A stretch of DNA of 64,000 nucleotides from Edaphobacter sp. (lineage in GTDB: Bacteria; Acidobacteriota; Terriglobia; Terriglobales; Acidobacteriaceae): assembly GCF_035763405.1 (NCBI RefSeq), contig NZ_DASUBE010000083.1, positions 4,109 through 68,108 on the forward strand, written 5' to 3'. The notes under the pieces are model-generated. The model ran no database searches. It saw only the letters and a program-made list of their open reading frames with translations, and was not told the origin of the DNA. Shown here piece by piece: positions 56,294 through 64,000 of this stretch. How positions within the stretch are numbered: the stretch's first letter is position 1; every line of letters starts with the position of its first letter. The translations under genes were made by a program, and so were the position numbers.

Positions 56294-57367
56294 ATGCCCA
56301 GCATCTCGTCCAGCACGCACGCCGAGCCGCCCTGGAAGCGCATCACCCTCTTCCTCCTCACCCTTGGTGTACTCGTCGTCGTTGCGCTTCTGCTCCAGCC
56401 CTTCTACACGGCCATCATCGGAGCCATCGTGTTGGCCGTCATCGCCCAGCGCCCGTACAACTGGCTCGCATCCAGGATCAGGCAGCCGTCCACCTGCGCC
56501 GCGGTCGCAGTCCTGCTTGTTGTGCTCGCCCTCATTGTTCCCAGCTTCTTTCCGGTGCAGAGCCTTGGCCGCCAGGCCCTCTCCGCCGTCGATGCCATGC
56601 GCAATCCGGCCACCCAACAGAAAGTCGCCAGCTTCATCGCCAACCATGCATCGCTCGCCGACGCTATCCAGACCGTCTCCTCGTCCATCGACCCCGGCCG
56701 CGCCGCCCAGACCGCCGCTTCCTACATCGGCACCCGCCTCGGCGGCGTTCTCGGCAACTCCTTCCGCGCCGTCACCCAGATCGTCGTCATGCTCTTCCTC
56801 CTCTTCTTTCTGTTCCGCGACCGCGACCCCGCGCTCTCCAGCCTCCGAGCCATCCTTCCACTCCACAACCACGAAGCCGACGAGCTGCTCACCCGCACTG
56901 GCGACACCATCTACGCCACCGCCCTCGGCCGCCTTGCCATCGCCTGCGTTCAAGGCCTGCTCGCCGGCCTCGCCTTCTGGGCGCTCGGCGTGCCCGCGCC
57001 CGTGCTCTGGGGCTTCACCACCGTCGCCCTCGCCATCATCCCGGCCTTCGGCTCCTTCCTCGTCTGGGCGCCGATCGCCATCTACCTCGGACTTAGCGGC
57101 CACTGGGGTAAAGCCGCCCTGCTCGCCGTCTGGGGAGGCCTCGTCGTCAGCACCATCGACAACATCCTCTACCCCATCCTGGTCGGCACGCGCCTTCGCG
57201 CCCACACCGCCATCATCCTGCTCGCTATCCTGGGAGGCATTGCCCTGTTCGGCGTCGTTGGCATCATCCTCGGCCCGGTCGTCTTCACCATCGCCGCCAC
57301 CCTGCTCGACATCTGGACCGCCCGCACTGCGACGGCCGATCGAGTTGGACATACTCAAAACTCTTGA
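56294..57367 (+). CDS. AI-2E family transporter (PerM/UPF0118)
   Basis: The 357 aa polytopic protein has a layout and C-terminal region (ILGGIALFGVVGIILGPVVF) typical of the family. Confidence 0.8.
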   Translation: MPSISSSTHAEPPWKRITLFLLTLGVLVVVALLLQPFYTAIIGAIVLAVIAQRPYNWLASRIRQPSTCAAVAVLLVVLALIVPSFFPVQSLGRQALSAVDAMRNPATQQKVASFIANHASLADAIQTVSSSIDPGRAAQTAASYIGTRLGGVLGNSFRAVTQIVVMLFLLFFLFRDRDPALSSLRAILPLHNHEADELLTRTGDTIYATALGRLAIACVQGLLAGLAFWALGVPAPVLWGFTTVALAIIPAFGSFLVWAPIAIYLGLSGHWGKAALLAVWGGLVVSTIDNILYPILVGTRLRAHTAIILLAILGGIALFGVVGIILGPVVFTIAATLLDIWTARTATADRVGHTQNS

Positions 57368-57401
57368 CACGCCTGCTAGACTTAAATCAAGAGAAGAGAG
57401 C

Positions 57402-57432
57402 AGCCCGGCCGAGTGCCGGGCTTTCTGCTTTC
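57402..57432 (+). terminator. Rho-independent terminator downstream of the transporter gene
   Basis: Stem AGCCCGGC / GCCGGGCT with loop CGAGT is followed by TTCTGCTTTC. Confidence 0.7.
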
Positions 57433-57471
57433 ACCCGCTTTGGCAACCAACGTGCGCCGGTAGTCCGGACT

Positions 57472-57491
57472 TAAGTCTTTTGTTCAAAGGA
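57472..57491 (-). repeat. REP-D motif copy
   Basis: The reverse complement TCCTTTGAACAAAAGACTTA matches the 11752 copy at 18 of 20 positions. Confidence 0.6.
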
Positions 57492-57526
57492 CTTTAGAAC
57501 TAAAGTAGGGGGAGGGGGACCAGACC

Positions 57527-58678
57527 ATGCATTGTCTGCTCAGCGCCGCGAAACCATCGAATCCTGCTGTCAGACAACGCCTCCCACACATCGCCGGAAA
57601 GATGTTTTTAGTAGCCGCAGCGACCATCCTCCTCACCGCCGCAGCCAAACCAGGCTGGCAGATCGGCCCCTTCGCCCGACCCGTCGCTGCCCCGGTGATC
57701 ACCCCGAACAAAGCGAGCCTCTTCCACGACCCCATTGCCCAAAAACCCATCCACTGGGAGGCGCTCCACACCTTCAACCCCGCCGCCATCGTCCACGACG
57801 GCAAAGTCTACGTCCTCTACCGTGCCGAAGACGACACCGGCAAGATGCAGATCGGCGAGCACACCTCCCGCCTCGGCCTCGCCGTCAGCGACGACGGCAT
57901 CCATTTCACCCGCCAGCCCGAACCCGTCTTCTACCCCGACAACGACTCGCAGAAATCCCGCGAGTGGCCCGGCGGAGTCGAAGACCCGCGCATCGTCGAA
58001 GCGCCCGACCACACCTACGTCCTGACCTACACCCAGTGGAACCGCATCACCCACTCCATCGGCATCGCCACCTCACCCGACCTCGCCCACTGGACCAGGC
58101 ACGGCCCAGCCTTCCTTGGCTCCGCCCACGGCAAGTACGACACACTCAAATACAAGTCCGGAGGCATCGTCACCCGGCTCGACGGCGACCAGCTCATAGC
58201 CGCAAAGATCAACGGCAAGTACTGGATGTACTGGGGCGAAGGAGCCATCCACCTCGCCACCTCACCCGACCTCATCCACTGGACACCCGTTGAAGATGCC
58301 CACGGCAGCCCCGTCGAAATCCTGACCAAACGCCCCGGCCACTTCGACTCCGGCTTCCCCGAGACCGGCCCGCCGCCCGTCCTCACCGGCCGCGGCATCG
58401 TCGTCCTCTACAACGGCAAAAACGATCCCACCCGCGGCGACCCTGCACTCGGAGCAAACGCCTACGCCGCCGGCGAAGCCCTCTTCGACCCGCACAACCC
58501 TGCTCACATGCTCGCCCGCACTGAAGCTCCGGTTCTGAAACCCCAGGAGCCCTGGGAAAAGACCGGCCAGTACGTCGCCGGAACCACCTTCGCCGAAGGC
58601 CTCGTCCACTTCCACAACCAATGGTTCCTCTACTACGGCTGCGCCGATTCCGACGTAGGAGTCGTTACCGCTCCATAG
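57527..58678 (+). CDS. Glycoside hydrolase family 130-like protein (beta-mannoside phosphorylase/hydrolase fold)
   Basis: FNPAAIVHDGKVYVLYRAED...SRLGLAVSDDGIHF...GGVEDPRIV...YVLTYT fits GH130/DUF377-type five-bladed propellers. An alternative start at 57602 (MFLVAAATILL) would give a cleaner signal peptide. Confidence 0.7.
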   Translation: MHCLLSAAKPSNPAVRQRLPHIAGKMFLVAAATILLTAAAKPGWQIGPFARPVAAPVITPNKASLFHDPIAQKPIHWEALHTFNPAAIVHDGKVYVLYRAEDDTGKMQIGEHTSRLGLAVSDDGIHFTRQPEPVFYPDNDSQKSREWPGGVEDPRIVEAPDHTYVLTYTQWNRITHSIGIATSPDLAHWTRHGPAFLGSAHGKYDTLKYKSGGIVTRLDGDQLIAAKINGKYWMYWGEGAIHLATSPDLIHWTPVEDAHGSPVEILTKRPGHFDSGFPETGPPPVLTGRGIVVLYNGKNDPTRGDPALGANAYAAGEALFDPHNPAHMLARTEAPVLKPQEPWEKTGQYVAGTTFAEGLVHFHNQWFLYYGCADSDVGVVTAP

Positions 58679-58716
58679 CGCATGGTGCATAATTGGTACG
58701 ACCACCAAGGAGCCTC

Positions 58717-60081
58717 ATGCGCCGCTTTCTCGTTCTCCTCTGCCTCGCCGCACCGCTCGTTGCACCACTCCATGCTCAAGACACCCGCACCATCACCGAG
58801 CCCGTCATCCCACCCGCCTGCATCACGCTGAAAGCAGAGCTGCACACCATCAGCGAAGCAGACGAACAGAAGCTCGACACCGCCCGCATCCAGCAGGCAC
58901 TCGACCGCTGCGCCAAAGGCCACGCCGTAGAACTCGCCGCTGATGGAGCCAGCGACGCCTTCCTCAGCGGCCCGCTCGAACTCCGCGCAGGCGTCACGCT
59001 CGTCCTCGACAAAGGCGTCACGCTCTATGCCTCGCGCGACCCGAAGCAGTACGAAACCTCGCCCGGAAGCTGCGGCATCGTCAGCAAAGAGCGCGGAGGC
59101 TGCAAGCCGCTCATCTCCGCCGACCACATCTCCGGCGCAGGCATCATGGGAGAAGGCACCATCGATGGGCGCGGCGGCTCGAAGCTCCTCGGCCAGAACG
59201 TGACATGGTGGGACCTTGCCGAACAGGCGCGCAAGCCCGGCATCGGAGGCCAGAAGGTCCCGCGCATCCTCGTCGCCAACTACGCCGACAACTTCACCCT
59301 CTATCGCATCACACTTCGTAACTCGCCCAATTTCCACGTCGTCTACAACCACGGCAACGGCTTCACCGTCTGGGGTGTCCGCATCAACACGCCCAAGCGC
59401 CTCGCCCGCAACACCGACGGCATCGACCCTGGCTCCGGCTCCAGGAACATCACCATCACCCACAGCTATATCCGCACCGGCGACGACAACGTCGCCATCA
59501 AGGGCGGCCCCGGCGGCGTGACAAACATGAGCGTCATCCACAACCACTTCTACTGGGGTCACGGCATGTCCATCGGCTCGGAGACCAACGGCGGCGTCAG
59601 CAAGCTTCGCGTCACCGACCTCTCGCTCGACGGCCCAGACTCCGGCATCCGCATCAAGTCCATGGGCACGCGCGGCGGTCTCGTGCATGACGTCGCCTAT
59701 GACGACATCTGCATCCGCAACTCACCGCGTCCCATCGACCTCTCCGCAGCCTACGCAGCCAACGGCCCGGTGGAAGGCAACTCGCCCCCAACGTTCGAGG
59801 ACATCACGCTCCACAACGTGCGCGTCTCCGGCGGAGGAAAGATTCTCTTCGACGGCTACGATCACACGCATCGCGTCGGTGTCCGGCTCGACGATGTGCT
59901 GCTCACAGACGCAGCCTCGGCCAGGTACAGCTACACCGTCAATCACACCGACATCACGCTCGGCCCCGGCCCGGTCAATCTCGACATCCCCGCCGGAACC
60001 GACTCGACACTCACCGGCAAGCCCGCGAACGGCAAGCCTGAATCGTGCAAGGATAAGTTCGTGCCGTTTCCTGCGGAATAG
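58717..60081 (+). CDS. Glycoside hydrolase family 28 (polygalacturonase-like)
   Basis: AAGGAG lies upstream and a signal peptide is present. The GH28 blocks NTDGIDP, GDDNVAIK, GHGMSIGSE and IRIKS are all found. Confidence 0.9.
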   Translation: MRRFLVLLCLAAPLVAPLHAQDTRTITEPVIPPACITLKAELHTISEADEQKLDTARIQQALDRCAKGHAVELAADGASDAFLSGPLELRAGVTLVLDKGVTLYASRDPKQYETSPGSCGIVSKERGGCKPLISADHISGAGIMGEGTIDGRGGSKLLGQNVTWWDLAEQARKPGIGGQKVPRILVANYADNFTLYRITLRNSPNFHVVYNHGNGFTVWGVRINTPKRLARNTDGIDPGSGSRNITITHSYIRTGDDNVAIKGGPGGVTNMSVIHNHFYWGHGMSIGSETNGGVSKLRVTDLSLDGPDSGIRIKSMGTRGGLVHDVAYDDICIRNSPRPIDLSAAYAANGPVEGNSPPTFEDITLHNVRVSGGGKILFDGYDHTHRVGVRLDDVLLTDAASARYSYTVNHTDITLGPGPVNLDIPAGTDSTLTGKPANGKPESCKDKFVPFPAE

Positions 60082-60087
60082 GCATCT

Positions 60088-61578
60088 TCACTTCGTCACA
60101 GCAACTTTCGGTTCGCCGACGATGTCCGGCCCCAGCTCCACCTGCGTCCGCACGAGCGTATCGGCGACCATGCGACCGAAGACAGCCTGTCCGTGCGCAT
60201 TCAGGTGCGTCCGGTCGAGCTTCACTGAGCCGTGGTTCTCGGCCTTCGCATCGGGATGCCCTGTTGCATCGAACTGGTCCGCCTCGGCCTGCGTCATCCC
60301 TTCGAGCAGCTTCACCGACATTGCGTTCAGGTCGATGACCGTCACGTCCTCCTCCGCACCCACGTGCTTCGTGGCGTCCGCATACGCAGTCAGATCGAGC
60401 ACCAGTTTGCCGTCGCGGTAGTTGCGCCGCGAGAGCGACGTGACCAGCACCGGCACGCCGCCCATCGCGCGCACGTCCGCAATGTAGCGGCGCAGATTCG
60501 CTGCATACGTCGTATCGGGATCAGTATGCCGCTTCGCGTCCGGCTTCTGGTCATTGTGTCCGAATTGGATCAGGTAGTAGTCACCCTTGTCGGCCAACGC
60601 TCTCGCCCATGCACCTTCGTCGATGAAGCTCTTCGAGCTGCGGCCGTTAAGCGCCTCGTTGATGCAGGTCACGTTCGGCGTCACGATAGCGCAGAAGCCC
60701 TTGCCCCAGCCGCCTTCCGCGTTCACGGTCGAGTCGCCCACAAGCACAATCTTCACCGGCGCGCCGTTGATGATCGCCATCGCCTTCACACCTTCAGGCG
60801 GCAGCGCGACAGCCTGCGGCTGAACGTACTTCGACAGCGCAGGAACAGCTTTGCCCAGATCGACCGCAACGATTCTGCCGAAGATATACGAACCCTTCCA
60901 GTTCAGGTGTGTCTTGTCGAAGACTGTCTTGCCCTCATCGTTCTTCTTCGTAATCGCCAGTGCATCGCCTGCCTTTTCACCGACCTGGTCGAGATATGCA
61001 ATGCTGTCCGCCTGCAAATCGATCAACGGCACATGCATCTCGGCAGCGACGCGCCGCATCGTCTCCGAGTGCGCGGCGAGGTCGGAGTGTATCTTGCCAT
61101 CCGCACCGAAGTAGCGCCGTGTGAGCGGAGTTACCAGCACCGGCTTGATGCCCGCCGCACGCGCCTCTTCGACGAAACGCCGCAGATTGGCTTCATATTC
61201 GGCCATCGTCGTCTGGCGCGGCAGCGGCGGCTTCGACGCCTCATCATTGTGGCCGAACTGAATCAGCATGTAGTCGGGCCTGGTCTCAAGCGCGCGCTGC
61301 CACAACCCGTCGGCACGATACGTCTTCGTGCTCGCGCCGCCCTTGGCCATGTTCACGCAATCGACCACTGCGGTGAGGTTCGCGCAGAAGCCTCGACCAT
61401 AGCCTGCGTTGTTCGTCTGCGTCGAATCGCCTATCAGGTCGATGCGCACCACTGTTCCCGGCTTGCGCACTGCAGCAGTCGCAGCATCGAATGCACGCGC
61501 CGGATCGCCCTGCGCCATCGCCATCGTCCCTGCCAGCGCGCACACTGCAACTGCCAGTTTGGTCCAACCAATATTCAT
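60088..61578 (-). CDS. Tandem SGNH/GDSL esterase (rhamnogalacturonan acetylesterase-like, two CE12-type domains)
   Basis: A signal peptide is present. Two repeats each carry GDST (IDLIGDSTQ and IVLVGDSTV), a G block and FGHND. Confidence 0.8.
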   Translation of the reverse strand: MNIGWTKLAVAVCALAGTMAMAQGDPARAFDAATAAVRKPGTVVRIDLIGDSTQTNNAGYGRGFCANLTAVVDCVNMAKGGASTKTYRADGLWQRALETRPDYMLIQFGHNDEASKPPLPRQTTMAEYEANLRRFVEEARAAGIKPVLVTPLTRRYFGADGKIHSDLAAHSETMRRVAAEMHVPLIDLQADSIAYLDQVGEKAGDALAITKKNDEGKTVFDKTHLNWKGSYIFGRIVAVDLGKAVPALSKYVQPQAVALPPEGVKAMAIINGAPVKIVLVGDSTVNAEGGWGKGFCAIVTPNVTCINEALNGRSSKSFIDEGAWARALADKGDYYLIQFGHNDQKPDAKRHTDPDTTYAANLRRYIADVRAMGGVPVLVTSLSRRNYRDGKLVLDLTAYADATKHVGAEEDVTVIDLNAMSVKLLEGMTQAEADQFDATGHPDAKAENHGSVKLDRTHLNAHGQAVFGRMVADTLVRTQVELGPDIVGEPKVAVTK

Positions 61579-61684
61579 CGAAATTTCCCTCGAACGCAGT
61601 TTATATGACCGAGAGATAAATCCTTATTCATGGTCGAACGGTAAACGCACAGACGATTGACACCTGTATTGCGACGAGTGAAGT

Positions 61685-63532
61685 ATGACATCCAACCATA
61701 AGGAGCCTATGAAGAATTCGACCCACACCATTGCCCCGCCGACGACGAACAAACACCTCATCCGCTGGGTCGAAAAGATGGCAGAGCTGACTCAGCCTGA
61801 GCACATCCACTGGGTCGATGGCTCCGAGGCCGAGTATGACTTTCTCTGCGACCAGCTCGTCAAAGCAGGAACCTTCACCAGACTGAACCAGAAGCTCTGG
61901 CCCAACTGCTACCTTGCGCGTTCGAGCCCCAACGACGTGGCGCGCGTGGAAGACCGCACTTTCATCTGCTCGCTCTCCAAGGACAACGCCGGGCCGACGA
62001 ACAACTGGGAAGACCCCTACGTGATGCGCCGACGCCTGAAGCAGCTCTTCCGCGGAAGCATGAAGGGGCGCACGATGTATGTGCTTCCCTTCTCGATGGG
62101 CCACACCGGTTCGCCGATGTCGCGCATCGGCGTGCAGTTGACTGACTCTGCCTACGCGGTCGTGAACATGCGCATCATGGCGCGCATCGGTCTGCCGGTC
62201 TTTGCCGAGATCGATAAAGACGAGAAGCGCGTGGTGCCATGTATGCATACGGTCGGCGCGCCGCTGGCTCCGGGCGAAAAAGACGTCCCCTGGCCCTGCA
62301 ACGAGACCAAATACATCGTCCACTTCCCTGAGTCGCGCGAGATCTGGAGCTACGGCTCGGGCTACGGCGGCAACGCTCTCTTGGGCAAGAAGTGCTTCGC
62401 CTTGCGCATCGCGTCCAACATCGCGCGCGACGAAGGCTGGATGGCGGAGCACATGCTCATCCTCGGCGTCGAGTCGCCCACACGTGAGAAGACCTATGTC
62501 GCCGCTGCGTTTCCTTCGGCCTGCGGCAAGACGAACTTCGCCATGATGATTCCGCCCAAGGGCTTCGACGGCTGGAAGGTCTGGACGGTCGGCGACGATA
62601 TTGCGTGGATCAAGCCTGACGCCGACGGCCAACTCCACGCCATCAATCCGGAAGCCGGATTCTTCGGCGTCGCGCCGGGCACCAGCGCGAAGACCAATCC
62701 GAACGCGATGGCGACGCTCGCGCGCAATACCATCTTCACCAACGTCGCGCTAACGCCGGAAGGCGGCGTGTGGTGGGAGGGCATGACCGACGAGCCGCCC
62801 GCCGAGTGCATCGACTGGCGCGGCGAAAAGTGGACGCCCGCCATCGGCAAAAAAACCGGCAAGCCCGCCGCGCATCCGAATGGACGCTTCACAGCGCCAG
62901 CCAGCCAGTGCCCCACCATCGACCCCGCGTGGGAAGACCCCGACGGCGTGCCTATCTCGGCCATCATCTTCGGCGGCCGCCGCGCCGGGACCATGCCGCT
63001 GATCTACCAGGCATTCAATTGGTCGGGCGGCGTCTACGCGGGAGCCACGATGGGCTCGGAGACCACGGCAGCCGCAGGCGGCGCTCTGGGCAAGGTCCGG
63101 CGCGACCCCATGGCCATGCTGCCCTTCTGCGGCTACCACATGGGCGACTACTTCCGTCACTGGCTCAGGATGCAGCGCAACCTCTCGGCCACGCCGCGTA
63201 TCTTCCACGTCAACTGGTTCCGCAAGGACGCCGACGGTAAGTTCCTCTGGCCGGGCTTCAGCGAAAACATGCGCGTGCTCAAGTGGATTGTGGACCGCGT
63301 GCGCGGACGCGCCATCGGCAAAGAGTCGCCCATCGGCTGGGTGCCGCACTACGAGGACATCAACTGGAAGGGGCTGGACTTTTCGCGCGAGGCGTTCGAC
63401 GAGCTTCAGCGCGTGGACCGTACCCAGTGGCGCCGCGAGGTCATGGATCACGAGGAACTCTTCCTGCTGGTCCACGACCACCTGCCGCCGGAGATGGTCT
63501 ACGAGCGCGAACTGTTGATCTGCCGCCTTTAA
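61685..63532 (+). CDS. pckG: Phosphoenolpyruvate carboxykinase (GTP)
   Basis: FPSACGKTN (kinase-1a), GDDIAW and FHVNWFRKD fit the enzyme, and the length of about 610 aa is appropriate. An alternative in-frame ATG lies at 61709. Confidence 0.95.
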   Translation: MTSNHKEPMKNSTHTIAPPTTNKHLIRWVEKMAELTQPEHIHWVDGSEAEYDFLCDQLVKAGTFTRLNQKLWPNCYLARSSPNDVARVEDRTFICSLSKDNAGPTNNWEDPYVMRRRLKQLFRGSMKGRTMYVLPFSMGHTGSPMSRIGVQLTDSAYAVVNMRIMARIGLPVFAEIDKDEKRVVPCMHTVGAPLAPGEKDVPWPCNETKYIVHFPESREIWSYGSGYGGNALLGKKCFALRIASNIARDEGWMAEHMLILGVESPTREKTYVAAAFPSACGKTNFAMMIPPKGFDGWKVWTVGDDIAWIKPDADGQLHAINPEAGFFGVAPGTSAKTNPNAMATLARNTIFTNVALTPEGGVWWEGMTDEPPAECIDWRGEKWTPAIGKKTGKPAAHPNGRFTAPASQCPTIDPAWEDPDGVPISAIIFGGRRAGTMPLIYQAFNWSGGVYAGATMGSETTAAAGGALGKVRRDPMAMLPFCGYHMGDYFRHWLRMQRNLSATPRIFHVNWFRKDADGKFLWPGFSENMRVLKWIVDRVRGRAIGKESPIGWVPHYEDINWKGLDFSREAFDELQRVDRTQWRREVMDHEELFLLVHDHLPPEMVYERELLICRL

Positions 63533-63607
63533 GCGTTCCATCGAGCCTTTGTCCGGGTGTACGATTGTGTTCCGCAGCCCATCCCACTTCAAGCAGAGGA
63601 CTCAGCA

Positions 63608-63976
63608 ATGGCAGTGAAATTCGACCAGATCGGCGCAGTCAATATGGCGCTGGTGCTCGCACTCAAAAACGGCGAAGACCACGCCGCCGGTTATCCCATC
63701 TCCGATTACCTGCACGACAAGGCGTACAACTATGACCTCAGCTACGGCCTGCAGGCCATCATGACCAAACGACTGCTGCCAGGCACCTACGTCGGGAAAA
63801 AATACTATTGCTACGACCGCAACGGAATCGACATGAAGAAGCGAATCGTTCATATCTACGACTCGCAAAACGCGGGGGCTGCGCAGACCTTTTACCGGCT
63901 TATCCACACGGCGGGAGCACCCGGCTTGCGGGACAACTCCTACAGCAACTGCGACTTGATTACGGACATTCCCTGA
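63608..63976 (+). CDS. Hypothetical protein
   Basis: The 122 aa ORF has coding-like composition, but I recognise no family. Confidence 0.45.
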   Translation: MAVKFDQIGAVNMALVLALKNGEDHAAGYPISDYLHDKAYNYDLSYGLQAIMTKRLLPGTYVGKKYYCYDRNGIDMKKRIVHIYDSQNAGAAQTFYRLIHTAGAPGLRDNSYSNCDLITDIP

Positions 63977-64000
63977 GCGGGAAGATGCCCCGAAATCCCC

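Noticed and set aside
56177-57370. 397 aa minus-strand ORF opposite the AI-2E transporter
   Set aside because: It has Gly/Asp/Glu/Ala low-complexity composition, whereas the plus-strand frame gives a coherent polytopic membrane protein.

Overview
This is a 64 kb chromosomal segment from a high-GC Gram-negative bacterium. Gene content and the repeat families suggest Acidobacteriota (Terriglobia-like), but that is inference only. I can support about 60 protein genes and one tRNA-Ala(CGC). There is no rRNA and no CRISPR array. Most genes are core functions: cyaY, ssb, heme O synthase, PolX, csp, bshC, fabI, murI, amidase, uppS, cdsA, pruA, ispD/ispF, tilS, ftsH, lptE, holA and pckG. These are interleaved with secreted CAZymes (GH3, GH39, GH130, GH28, tandem CE12), a GH18-CE4-GT2 exopolysaccharide fusion protein, and a response-regulator/TrxR-like plus cNMP-histidine-kinase pair. 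Accessory content is concentrated in an AT-richer hotspot of about 5 kb directly downstream of holA (51047-56176). It holds a DUF262 (ParB-like) plus HEPN-like two-gene cassette, which is my best candidate for an uncharacterised defence or abortive-infection module. It also holds a truncated DUF4142 gene, an m5C methyltransferase with a BsuBI/PstI-like endonuclease, and a frameshifted Phd-type antitoxin remnant. The hotspot is punctuated by three copies of the holA 3' end, each closed by a different stop codon, and no integrase is visible. A GxxExxY (PD-(D/E)XK) gene bounded by 31 bp inverted repeats sits exactly between ispD and ispF and supplies the ispD stop codon. At least four short repeat families are scattered through intergenic regions, and two of them are inserted in frame inside the essential genes holA and murI. 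All family assignments come from motif recognition by eye. No database search was run.
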